NCBI GenBank assembly: GCA_963796965.1
Contig: CAWCNS010000004.1
Span: forward strand, 256,001-320,000
DNA from: Calditrichia bacterium
GTDB lineage: Bacteria > Calditrichota > Calditrichia > JAJRVZ01
Direction: 5' to 3'
Length of the DNA: 64,000 bases
The notes under the pieces were generated by a model. That model ran no database searches and was not told the DNA's origin. It worked only from the letters and a program-made list of their open reading frames with translations. Position numbers and translations under genes: made by a program. Positions 41,392-51,712 of this stretch are shown piece after piece (position 1 is the stretch's first letter; every line of letters starts with the position of its first letter).

Positions 41392-43110
41392 ATGAAAAAT
41401 TTTATGAGAAGCACTTCGAAGACTATATTTGTGAATATGTTAATGCTAATATATTTATTATTCGCTCTACCTGTTATAGCAGAAAAGCAGCCTGAGCTAA
41501 GTGTGAAATCTTTTGCAATAGTTTTACCGGAGGACGTAACACCGGTGCTCAAGAATCTTGCATCCATCATAGAACGGCAGATTTTACAACGGTGTAACGC
41601 GCAGCCTATAACCGGCGCTAATGCAGATGTAAAGATAGAACTAGTGATTGGCAAAAACATTGAAAAAGAGACCTTTCGCATCGAAGATGGTAAAAGTAAT
41701 GTCATACGAATTATTGGAGGCGACGAAAAGGGTGTGTTTTTTGGTATTGGAAAATTTCTACGATCATCCCGCTATAACCAAAATGGATTTTTCCCTGGGG
41801 CATGGCGAGGAACTTCCGCGCCCGATTGTCCTGTACGAGCTATTTATTTAGCATCACATTTTAATAATTATTATGAAGCAGCACCCATAGAAGAGGTTGT
41901 TGAATATATTCAGGATCTTGGTTTATGGGGTTACAATACGATCATCATAACTTATCCCTCCTGGCAATTTGCTGACATGGAAGATAAATTAGCACAGAAT
42001 TGGATTAAGCGATTCAAGGCTATTCTTTCCAAAACAAAAGAGTGTGGATTAAATATTGGTTTGATCCACTGTCCGAACCAGGGATACAAATCCACACCAT
42101 CTGGATTAAGGGGAACTACAATCCCAGGCAACCGGCGGGGAAACCATGGTGTTAATTTATGCCCAAGTAAACCGGAATCCCAAAAACTACTTGTTCGCTT
42201 ATATGGCGATCTCTATGATCAATTCGTGGATGTCGATATTGATTATTTTATCTTATGGCCTTACGACGAGGGAGGGTGCGCTTGTAGCCAATGCTGGCCG
42301 TGGGGTGCAAGGGGCTTCCTCAAAATATCGAGAGAAATAGAAAAAACAATTAAAATTAGTTATCCGAACAGTAAAATTATTTTATCGACATGGTGTTTTG
42401 AAAACGAAGATGATTCTAATCCTGATGGAGAATGGGTAGGATTGAAAAAATCTCTGGAGAGAAATACGGGTTGGGTGGATTATATCATGGCGGATGGGCA
42501 TGATGACTACTTTCCAAAATATTTATTGGAACAGGGCATACCTGGTGACCTGCCACTGTTAAATTTTCCAGAGATCAGTATGTTCGGTATGTCCCCGTGG
42601 GGTGGATACGGTACTAATCCGGCACCAGAGCATTTTCAGCTACTCTGGGATCGTATTAAGGATATCGACTCTGGTGGCGCACCCTATTCCGAAGGAATTT
42701 ATGAAGATATAAACAAGGTAATTATTGCTGGTTTTTACTGGAACCGTGACTGCAAAGCAGTAGATGCTGTGAGGGAATATCTATCGTTCGAGTTCTCTCC
42801 AGATGTGGCTGATGAAATGCTGGAGGTGGTGAGAATTTTTGAACAAAATCATAGTAGAAAAAATATTCAGTATAATGCGGTTCAGGCTTTTGAACTGGTA
42901 AGTAATACTGAAATTCATCTTACAGATAAAGTTCGGAATAGCTGGCGCTGGCGGATTTTTTACTTGCGTGCTTTAATTGATAAGGAACTCTATCAAAGAA
43001 ACGGAAAGCTAGAGGGAGATATTCTGAAAGATGCATTTCAAGAACTCACCCGGCTTTACCATGCAGAATATGCTCATTCGATGCCGATTAAGCCGCTCAG
43101 TATCGAATAA
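41392..43110 (+). CDS. Hypothetical secreted GH-like protein (GH20/GH67-type N-terminal domain + TIM barrel)
   Basis: Signal peptide; ETFRI...IIGGDEKGVFFGIG; P.CPVRAIY; WPYDEGGC.C..C. Confidence 0.65.
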   Translation: MKNFMRSTSKTIFVNMLMLIYLLFALPVIAEKQPELSVKSFAIVLPEDVTPVLKNLASIIERQILQRCNAQPITGANADVKIELVIGKNIEKETFRIEDGKSNVIRIIGGDEKGVFFGIGKFLRSSRYNQNGFFPGAWRGTSAPDCPVRAIYLASHFNNYYEAAPIEEVVEYIQDLGLWGYNTIIITYPSWQFADMEDKLAQNWIKRFKAILSKTKECGLNIGLIHCPNQGYKSTPSGLRGTTIPGNRRGNHGVNLCPSKPESQKLLVRLYGDLYDQFVDVDIDYFILWPYDEGGCACSQCWPWGARGFLKISREIEKTIKISYPNSKIILSTWCFENEDDSNPDGEWVGLKKSLERNTGWVDYIMADGHDDYFPKYLLEQGIPGDLPLLNFPEISMFGMSPWGGYGTNPAPEHFQLLWDRIKDIDSGGAPYSEGIYEDINKVIIAGFYWNRDCKAVDAVREYLSFEFSPDVADEMLEVVRIFEQNHSRKNIQYNAVQAFELVSNTEIHLTDKVRNSWRWRIFYLRALIDKELYQRNGKLEGDILKDAFQELTRLYHAEYAHSMPIKPLSIE

Positions 43111-43217
43111 TCATATTTCTTATGGTTTACACGGGCACTATCGTTCTTATCCAGATCGGGAAATACAAGGAGCGAATTACACAAGAAATTTTATCAGGTA
43201 AAAAGGAATAATAGGTA

Positions 43218-45707
43218 ATGAAGTATTTTGAACGTTGTTTTGGAATTTATGTTTTCGTCATTCTTGGTTTAATATCTAATACTTTTACGTTTGCCAATAC
43301 AAAGCCTTATCATAATGTTGTGGACTATGGTGCCATTGCAGATGGAAAGACATTAAATACAAAAGCAATTCAAGAGGCAATAGATGCGTGTAATAAAAAC
43401 GGTGGCGGAACGGTTGGATTTCCTGCAGGGACCTATCATACGGGAACAATATTACTTAAAGATAATGTAGTACTAGATTTGAAGCCAGGCAGTAAAATTC
43501 TAGGCAGTAAAAATATAAAGGATTATCCTAAATATTTGCATGATAAAGGATCAAAAAGATACAGTGCCCTGATCCAGGGAGAAAACCAGAAAAACATTGG
43601 AATTAGGGGTTATGGTATTATTGATGGCCAGGGAGCAAGTTTTCAGGGAAAAAAAGCCAGGCCGCATTTATTAAATTTTATACGATGTACTGATGTAAGA
43701 GTTGAAGGAATAAAATTGCAGCATCCAGCCGCATGGACGCAACATTATTTTAAATGTGATGGTGTTATTCTCCGGGATCTGAGAGTATATGCCCATGGCG
43801 CGGAAAATAACGATATGGTCGATATCGACCAAAGCCGTAATGTGATTATTTCTGGATTAATTGGAGATTCGGATGATGATGGTATAACCCTGAAAAGTAT
43901 TGGCGAAGATCAGGTTGAAAATGTTGTGATTTCTGATTGTATCATTCGTACCCGCACCAATGGTATTAAAGCAGGAACCGAATCTTATGGAGGATTTCGG
44001 GAAATTACTATTTCCAATTGCTATATAGGACCTTCACTTACTACAGATGGTTTTTCAGGGAGAGATGAAGGTTTAGCTGGAATTGCATTAGAGAGTGTCG
44101 ATGGAGGGGTGCTTGAAAATGTTGTGATCTCAAATCTGGTAATCGAAGAAATGACAGCGCCGATATTTATTCGCTTAGGAAACAGATCAAGAAAATATCC
44201 GAATTTAGAGAGACAGTCTGTCGGTTCGATAAATAATATCAGTATCAGTAATATTATTGCCTCAAATGCCAGCAAAACGGGGTGTTCAATAGTTGGAGAG
44301 GTCGGCCATCCTGTTAAAAACATCTCTATTTCAAATGTTAAAATTAATTTTGTCGGAGGAGGTACATTCGCGGATGGGCTGGCTGTAAAGCCGGAGTTGG
44401 TTAATGAATACCCCGAAAGTGTACAATTGGGAATTTTACCCGCCTATGGATTTTTTGTTCGACATGCAGAGGGTTTAATGTTTAGAGATGTTGATCTAAC
44501 CTATAACGATGAAGAGCTGCGCCCAGCCATGGTTTTCAATGATGTGAAAAATTTGAAATTATTAAATTTCAATGGAGAAATTGATAAGGCTTCTTTGGGA
44601 CAATTGGTTTTACAAAACACGCAGAATGTTTTTATTAGCAATTGCTCTCCACCGCCATCACAAGCATTTTTGCGACTTGAACAAAAATGTAAGACGATAA
44701 ATGTTATTGCTAATAATTTTAGTGGAATCACAAAGCCTATATATATTGATCAGACAATTGACATAGATGAACTAAATGTTTCCTCAAATCTCACCGGAAA
44801 ATCAACCCTGTTTGAAATATTACAACCCAATATTGAGAGGGATAGTTTGGGGATGGTACGTATATATTATCCTGATAATGCTGACGTATATTATACAACC
44901 GATGGTACCCTTCCAGATAAATTTTCAAAAAAATATACAGGGCCATTTGAACAAATAAATCCGGTTATTATTAAGGCGAGGGCATTTGAGAATAATAATA
45001 AAAGTGGCGTCGCCATTACAGAGTTAAAAAGGCTTGAGGTAATCTCTCCCAGAATTTTCCCTGTTGATCAGTTTTTTAATGAAAAAATAGAGGTGGTGCT
45101 AACTTCTAAAACAAAAAATGCAGAAATTATTTACACGATCGATGGCACAACACCTGATCCGACCTCTTTAAAATATCAAGGACCAATCCTTATTCAGGAT
45201 AAATCAATTCTGCGATCAATTGCTGTTAAGGAGGGGCTTGTACCTAGCGATGAGTCGACATCACTATATGAACCAATTAAAAAGATGGAGGGTGTTCAGT
45301 ACAGGTATTATGAAGGACGGTGGACAGAACTCCCGGAATTTTTAAATCTAATTCCTAAAAGAGCCGGGATTGTAGAATTGTTCAATTTTGATAATCTGGA
45401 GCATACTGATCTCCATTTTGGTCTTGTAATGCATGGGTATTTATCTGTAAAAAATGAGGGAGACCATATATTTTTTACGGCCAGCAATGATGGGAGCAAA
45501 CTATTTATTGATAATATTGAAGTTGTTAATAATGACGGTGCACATGCCCTTATTGAAAAATCCGGAAAAGTATATTTAGATAAAGGAAATCATTTGATTG
45601 AGGTGAGATATTTTCAATCGGGTGGTGGAAAAGAGATAAAAGTATCCTGGGAAGGCCCAGGATTTAAAAAGAGAGAGATAACGTCAGAAGATTTATCTGG
45701 CAATTAG
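43218..45707 (+). CDS. GH28 polygalacturonase-family beta-helix with two CHB_HEX_C domains and PA14
   Basis: VDYGAIADGKTLNTKAIQEAID; NNDMVD; SDDDGITLKS; IKAGTES; YYTTDGT; PA14 ASNDGSKL. Confidence 0.85.
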   Translation: MKYFERCFGIYVFVILGLISNTFTFANTKPYHNVVDYGAIADGKTLNTKAIQEAIDACNKNGGGTVGFPAGTYHTGTILLKDNVVLDLKPGSKILGSKNIKDYPKYLHDKGSKRYSALIQGENQKNIGIRGYGIIDGQGASFQGKKARPHLLNFIRCTDVRVEGIKLQHPAAWTQHYFKCDGVILRDLRVYAHGAENNDMVDIDQSRNVIISGLIGDSDDDGITLKSIGEDQVENVVISDCIIRTRTNGIKAGTESYGGFREITISNCYIGPSLTTDGFSGRDEGLAGIALESVDGGVLENVVISNLVIEEMTAPIFIRLGNRSRKYPNLERQSVGSINNISISNIIASNASKTGCSIVGEVGHPVKNISISNVKINFVGGGTFADGLAVKPELVNEYPESVQLGILPAYGFFVRHAEGLMFRDVDLTYNDEELRPAMVFNDVKNLKLLNFNGEIDKASLGQLVLQNTQNVFISNCSPPPSQAFLRLEQKCKTINVIANNFSGITKPIYIDQTIDIDELNVSSNLTGKSTLFEILQPNIERDSLGMVRIYYPDNADVYYTTDGTLPDKFSKKYTGPFEQINPVIIKARAFENNNKSGVAITELKRLEVISPRIFPVDQFFNEKIEVVLTSKTKNAEIIYTIDGTTPDPTSLKYQGPILIQDKSILRSIAVKEGLVPSDESTSLYEPIKKMEGVQYRYYEGRWTELPEFLNLIPKRAGIVELFNFDNLEHTDLHFGLVMHGYLSVKNEGDHIFFTASNDGSKLFIDNIEVVNNDGAHALIEKSGKVYLDKGNHLIEVRYFQSGGGKEIKVSWEGPGFKKREITSEDLSGN

Positions 45708-45837
45708 AGCAAATAGATAGTTGAAAGGTATCTATCTGCATTTCTCACAACCACGCCAATTGTGTAGTACTTCAATATAATAGTAACAAATTTAATATTA
45801 ATAATTAGAACACCTTAGAGAGAGCTGGCAATCTAAT

Positions 45838-45995
45838 CCCCCCTTAAAAAAGGGGGGTAGGGGGTTGTATTTACGTAACCTATAGAGAGAATACATCCCC
45901 CTTAGTCCCCCTTTTCCAAGGGGGAAACAGGTCCTTGCCACACCAAGATTCGTGCAAATTAATCGATACTGCAACAGCCCCTTCCAGGGGGAGCT
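45838..45995. repeat. Cluster of CCCCCTT...AAGGGGG palindromes (REP-like)
   Basis: ccccccttaaaaaagggggg (45838-45857), ggggttgtatt/aatacatcccc, tcccccttttccaaggggga (45906-45925), gccccttccaggggg. Confidence 0.78.
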
Positions 45996-46042
45996 AATAT
46001 GTTTAATTAAGAATTATATAAATCATTTAAAACCCTTATCTA

Positions 46043-47572
46043 ATGGAGAGATCTAAAATGGATGAGTCGACCCATGTTGACAGTGAGATGAGTCATGAAA
46101 ATAAGATGCTTTTTTGGGCATGCTTTGTCGCGATTGCAGTCACGGCATTTATTTTTATTATTCGAGGTCAGGTCATTAATGCCTGGGCGCAAGAATTCGC
46201 CTTAACAGAAACACAAAAGGGTGAAATTCTGGGTGTCGGATTGTGGCCATTTGCAATCTCGATTATTTTATTTAGTCTGGTGATTGATTTTATTGGTTAT
46301 GGAAAGGCAATGGTTTTTGCTTTCTGTTGCCATGTTGTTTCAGGAATTGTTCTTCTTATGGCTGATGGTTACTGGGGCTTGTATATTGGAACCTTACTTC
46401 AATCTCTTGCAAATGGAGCAGCCCAGGCCGTTGCCGATCCCGTGGTCGCTTCTATATTCAAAAAGGATAAAAGTAAATGGCTTAGTATTTTGCATGCCAG
46501 CTGGCCAGGTGGTATGGTTATCGGTGGGATGTTTGGTATCATGATCAGTGATTTTGACTGGAGATGGCGTATATCAATGCTTTTTATTCCAATGGCGATA
46601 TATGGTATTATGATGATTGGCCGTAAGTTCCCCGTCCACGAAAGAGTCCTTGCCGGTGTATCCTATAAAGAAATGTGAAAGGTAACCGGGGGATTGGGAT
46701 TTTTTGTTATTTCCATATTTGTATTCGGGGAGCTCGGTCGTATTATGATGTGGCCAAATTATGTTGCATTAATTTTAGCAACATGTATTGCTCTTTATTT
46801 AGGCTTTTATCTTAGATCTATTGGTAATCCCATATTTTTATTACTGCTGTTTATTATGATTCCGCTCGCAACAACGGAATTAGGAACCGACAGCTGGATT
46901 ACTTCATTAATGACCGATGAGATGAAAACCCTCTCTATCAATGCTGGTTGGGTGTTAATTTATACTTCTTTTATTATGACGATATTAAGATTTATGGCGG
47001 GACCACTTCTCCGATATTTTTCACCTCTGGGTTTGCTCGCTGCCTGCAGTTTCTTGGCGACTATTGGACTTATCACTTTAAGTAAATCAACAGGATTAAT
47101 GATATTTGTGGCGGCGACTCTTTATGGTGTGGGTAAAACCTATTTTTGGCCGATGATGCTGGGTGTTGTGGCCGAGCGGTTTCCAAAAGGGGGAGCTCTC
47201 GCTTTAAATACCATGAGTGCCGTGGGAATGCTCAGTGTTGGTATTTTAGGTACGGTGTTCTTGGGTAATATTCAGGATGCAGCAATTGAAAAACATTTAA
47301 AAAATGATAATCCCGTATTATCTTCAAAAATACTCATAGAAAAAACCAGTATTATGGGGAAATATGAGGCTATTGATCCCGATCTCCGGTCAAAGTTAGA
47401 TATGGACGAACAAAAGATTATTGGTGATATTGAGAAAAAAGCCAGTAAAAATGCATTAATGTCAGTGGCCGTGCTGCCAATAATTATGTTGATTTCATAT
47501 ATCTTTTTGATTTTCTATTTCAGGAGAAGAGGTGGCTATCGCGTTGTAGATCTAAAAGAAGCGCAGAGCTGA
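46043..47572 (+). CDS. MFS transporter; frameshifted near 46675
   Basis: Two collinear hydrophobic ORFs, each about half an MFS; LHASWPGG, ATTELGTD, WPMMLG..AERFP.GG. Confidence 0.85.
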
Positions 47573-47596
47573 ATTAATTAAATAAGGATTAGAATT

Positions 47597-48412
47597 ATGT
47601 ACGTGAATAAACAAAGTAAGATGTTACTTTTACTCATCACCATATTATTTTTTGGTTTAATAGGGTGCAAGTCTAAAGTGATTTCTGTACTCATCCTGAG
47701 TGGAAAAAATAACCATAATTGGGAGCAAACCACGCCCGCTATTCAAAGTATTTTGGAAGGAAGCGGCCGATTCAAAGTTACGGTTACCAATAACCCTGAG
47801 AATATTGATCCAAATACATTAAATCAATATGATGTCATACTCAGCAATTGGAATACGTGGCCTGATATAACAGGATATCGGTGGAAATCGGATTTGGAGA
47901 AGGCCTTCCTAAATTTTATTGCTGGGGGAAAAGGATTTGTAAATGTGCATGCCGGCAGTTCTGCACTCCAGGATTGGCCGGAATTTCAGCAGATTGCCGG
48001 AGGTACCTGGGAACTAGGTGTTACCGGACATGGTCCCATACATACTTTTAAAGTATCCATTGATGATAAAGATCATCCTGTCATGGGTGGATTAGAGGAA
48101 TTCTACATAAAAGATGAGCTTTGGCATCGCACAAAATTCCACGAGGATATACATGTAATCGGCAGCGCCTATTCATCATCTGAGAAAAAAGGAACAGATG
48201 AAAATGAACCAGTGGTGGTCACAACCAAATATGGGAAAGGACGTGGTCTTTATTTGGTACTGGGACATAATAAAGCGACCATGCAAAATAATGCATGGAA
48301 AACGCTGTTGTTAAGAGGAACTGAATGGGCAGCCACAGGGGATGTTTCTATTCAAGTTCAAGGACCCTGGCCGGCAACTGCCGATATTGCAGAAAGTCAA
48401 AGCCGTGATTAA
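47597..48412 (+). CDS. ThuA-like domain lipoprotein (class I glutamine amidotransferase fold)
   Basis: Lipobox LIGC; ILSGKNNHNW; GGKGFVNVH; DELW; YGKGR..Y..LGH. Confidence 0.85.
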   Translation: MYVNKQSKMLLLLITILFFGLIGCKSKVISVLILSGKNNHNWEQTTPAIQSILEGSGRFKVTVTNNPENIDPNTLNQYDVILSNWNTWPDITGYRWKSDLEKAFLNFIAGGKGFVNVHAGSSALQDWPEFQQIAGGTWELGVTGHGPIHTFKVSIDDKDHPVMGGLEEFYIKDELWHRTKFHEDIHVIGSAYSSSEKKGTDENEPVVVTTKYGKGRGLYLVLGHNKATMQNNAWKTLLLRGTEWAATGDVSIQVQGPWPATADIAESQSRD

Positions 48413-48447
48413 GCATTTCATAATTTTAGATGTTTGAGATAAAATCC

Positions 48448-48578
48448 ACCACGAAATTCACGAAATAAAAAACAAATAAAATTTAGAATTTAGAATTAAG
48501 AATTTATATCATTAAAACCTAGTAAAAATATTATTTATTCTTTCTTAATTCCAAAATCATCTTCGTGTACTTCGTAGT
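48448..48578. repeat. REP-like inverted repeat (9-mer family) enclosing heptamer tandem repeats
   Basis: accacgaaattcacgaaa versus cttcgtgtacttcgtagt; internal aatttagaatttagaattaagaatt. Confidence 0.65.
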
Positions 48579-48666
48579 AATAAATATGATTATACTTAAA
48601 AGAGGAATAAACCATTTTAAAAAGCTGAGTCCGCAAAGAACTCAAAAATAATCAGGGAGTTATTTC

Positions 48667-50106
48667 ATGAAAGCAAACCGAAGAGAATTTTTAAAAATTA
48701 CTGGCGCGGCTGGATTGGGTTTGGCCGGTGGAAGCATTCTGAATAGTTGCGCTCCAGAATCTATGAAAGAGAATAATCAAAATTTACCGAAGGCAATTGA
48801 AGAATACGAAAAGAGTTATAAACAACATTTCAACATGTCGGGTTTTGCCGCTGAAAAAATAAGTACCGTCCGGATTGGTATTATCGGTCTTGGGCAACGC
48901 GGTCCATCTCATATGCGAACGATGAGTCGCATTGATGGGGTTGAAATTAAAGCGCTATGTGATATTCGCCTGGAAAAAGCTGAATCTGCAAAGAAGTGGC
49001 TGGCGAATAGCGACCACAATCCGGAATTGTATGTTGGTGATGAAAATGAGTGGAAAAAACTCTGTGATCGCAAAGATATTGATCTTGTAATTGTTACAAC
49101 ACCCTGGTATATGCATACGGAGATGGCGGTTTATGCCATGGAGCAAGGAAAACATGTGGCCTCGGAAGTTCCTGCTTGCGGAACCATTGAAGAGTGCTGG
49201 CAGCTGGTTGAAACAGCCGAACGAACCCGTAAACATTGTATGATGATGGAAAACTACTCTTATATGTCTTTTCATCTGGTGATGCTAAACATGGCCAAAC
49301 AGGGATTTTTCGGGGAAGTTGTTCATGGGGATTGTGCTTACAATACAAGTAAAATGAGAAATAATTTCAATAAAAATTTATATTGGAATATGTGGTGGTT
49401 GCGGCAATATGGTTCAAGGAAAGGAAATATCTATCCGACACATGGATTGGGTCCGGTCGCACAAATGATGGATATCAACAGAGGAGATAAATTTGAGTTC
49501 CTTGTATCGGTAGACAGCAAAGATTTTATGATGGCTGCCAAAGCAAAAGAATTGGCAGAAACCGATGATTTCTTTAAAGAATTTGTGGGTAAAGATTATC
49601 GTGGCAATATGAGTAATACGATCATCAAAACCACCTATGGCCGGACTATAATGTTACAGCACGATGCCACATCTCCATCTCCCCACAATATGATTCATGG
49701 TGTATATGGAACAAAAGGTGCCGTTTTATACGATCCTCAACCGCCTAGAATCTCAACTGGTAACCATAAATGGGCCTCACCAGAGGAGTTCGAAAAGATT
49801 AAACAAAAATATACACCGGAAATTTTTCACAAATTGGAAGAATTATCGAAAAAAAGCGGTCATGGAGGATCTGATTTACGTATTGACTGGCATTTAATCG
49901 ACTGCCTTCACAATGGACTCCCCCTGGATCAGGATGTTTATGATGCTGCTGCCTGGAGTGCAATCTTACCATTAAGTGATTGGTCGGTGAGAAATAATTC
50001 TAACTCGATAAGGATACCCGATTTTACAGCAGGGGCATGGAAGACAAATAAAGCCAATATGGATATAAATTTAACGAGGGGCGGAAATACGAAAGTAATT
50101 TCTTGA
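48667..50106 (+). CDS. GH109-like NAD-dependent glycosidase (Gfo/Idh/MocA fold), Tat lipoprotein
   Basis: NRREFLK Tat signal and LNSC; IGLGQRG; TTPW..H; SEVP; YPTHGLGP; GHGGSD; DVYDAAAWS. Confidence 0.85.
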   Translation: MKANRREFLKITGAAGLGLAGGSILNSCAPESMKENNQNLPKAIEEYEKSYKQHFNMSGFAAEKISTVRIGIIGLGQRGPSHMRTMSRIDGVEIKALCDIRLEKAESAKKWLANSDHNPELYVGDENEWKKLCDRKDIDLVIVTTPWYMHTEMAVYAMEQGKHVASEVPACGTIEECWQLVETAERTRKHCMMMENYSYMSFHLVMLNMAKQGFFGEVVHGDCAYNTSKMRNNFNKNLYWNMWWLRQYGSRKGNIYPTHGLGPVAQMMDINRGDKFEFLVSVDSKDFMMAAKAKELAETDDFFKEFVGKDYRGNMSNTIIKTTYGRTIMLQHDATSPSPHNMIHGVYGTKGAVLYDPQPPRISTGNHKWASPEEFEKIKQKYTPEIFHKLEELSKKSGHGGSDLRIDWHLIDCLHNGLPLDQDVYDAAAWSAILPLSDWSVRNNSNSIRIPDFTAGAWKTNKANMDINLTRGGNTKVIS

Positions 50107-50323
50107 ACAACGGTAAATTGTAATAAAATAACTATTGATAAACAAATTCCGGATCTTGGATAAAGACAATACTATTGGACCGGCTAAAATTAATATAATT
50201 TACGTCAAACAGCACAACGAAATAGAGATAAGATAATAATTTTATCTCAGTAGCGGTTCAATCCTGTGGTAAATACCAACATCTATAAATAGTAACATTA
50301 GTGTTAATAAACAGGGGATTCAA

Positions 50324-51695
50324 ATGAGCAAAGACTGGTGGAGAGAAAAATCTAATGGAGTACCGCATATAATTATGCCGCCTCCAGGTCCGAAATCGAT
50401 AGAAATGCATAACAATGCTACTAAATACATTCGTGGACTCTCTTCGCAAGTGAAGTTATTTCCTGTTAGTTTTGAAGAAGGCTTTGGTATTTCACTAACA
50501 GATGTCGATGGTAATCGGTATCTGGATTTTTCATCAGGCATCTATGTGACTTCCCTCGGACATAGCCATCCGAAGATATCCGGGGCTATCGCTAAATGGG
50601 CACATAAATTGATGAATTGTCATGATTTTACTACTCCGGTGAAAGAAAAATTGCTAGAAAAGATGGCAGAAGTACTTCCGGGTGATCTGAATGCGGTACA
50701 ATTCTATAGTGATGGAACTTCTGCCGTTGAAGCTGGAATTCGTGCCGCCAGAGCAATCGGCAATCATCAGGAGTTCATATCCTGTTATAGGGATTTTCAT
50801 GGTAAAAGTATGGCATCCGTAAGTTTGGCTCAAATGGTGAGAGGTGATGTTTACAGTTATGGCCCTACCCGTGCACCTGGTTTTTATATGGTACCGCGTC
50901 CGGATCCTTACCGCCCGCTATTTAAAAAAGAAGACGGAACCATTGATACCAATGCTTACATTCAATTCTATGAGAATTTTATCCGCGAAGGAACAGTCGG
51001 AAATATTGCTGCATTTGTATTGGAACCAGCCCAGGGCTGGGGCGGTTCTATTTTTCCACCAGAGTGATTTCTTCCCAAAACTGAGTAAATTTTGTAAACA
51101 AAAGAATATTCTGCTTTTTGCTGATGAAGTATTAACGGGCATGGGACGCACAGGAGAATGGCTCTGTATGGATCATTGGAATGTGGTACCTGACATCGTC
51201 ACTCTTGGGAAGTCATTTGGTAATGGTTTTCCAGTAACGGCAATGGTCGTTAAAGAGGAATATGCCCAGGCATTAGATAAGATTTCTGCCTCATCGAGTT
51301 ATGGTGGTAATCCAGTGGCTTGTGCTGCTGCGCTAGCCTCAATTGAAGTCATTGAGGAGGAACAAATTCTGGAAAATGTAAGAGTTGTAGGCGTTCACTT
51401 TATGAAACGGATGGAAAAGATGAAGGCGGAACATCCTATTATTGGAGATGTTAAGGGTAAAGGCTTTTTACTCGGTATGGAATTAGTAAAAGATAAAAAA
51501 ACAAAAGAACCGTTTGATGAAGCTGGTAAACTGGTGTATCAAAAAGCCTTTAGCAAGGGTTTAGCCTGGATTCCAGCTGGACATATTCTTCGGATGTCCC
51601 CACCCCTTATTATGGATGAAAAATATGCGGATCTGGGACTAGACATAATTGAAGAATCTGTTGCTGAAGTGGAAAAGGAGTTTGGTTACCATTAG
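50324..51695 (+). CDS. Class III PLP aminotransferase (GabT-like); frameshifted near 51060
   Basis: DVDGNRYLDFSSG, LGHSHP, FHGKS, EPAQGWGG; second frame ADEVLTGMGRTG, TLGKSFGNG, YGGNP. Confidence 0.9.
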
Positions 51696-51712
51696 CCTAA
51701 TTTATAAGGAGC

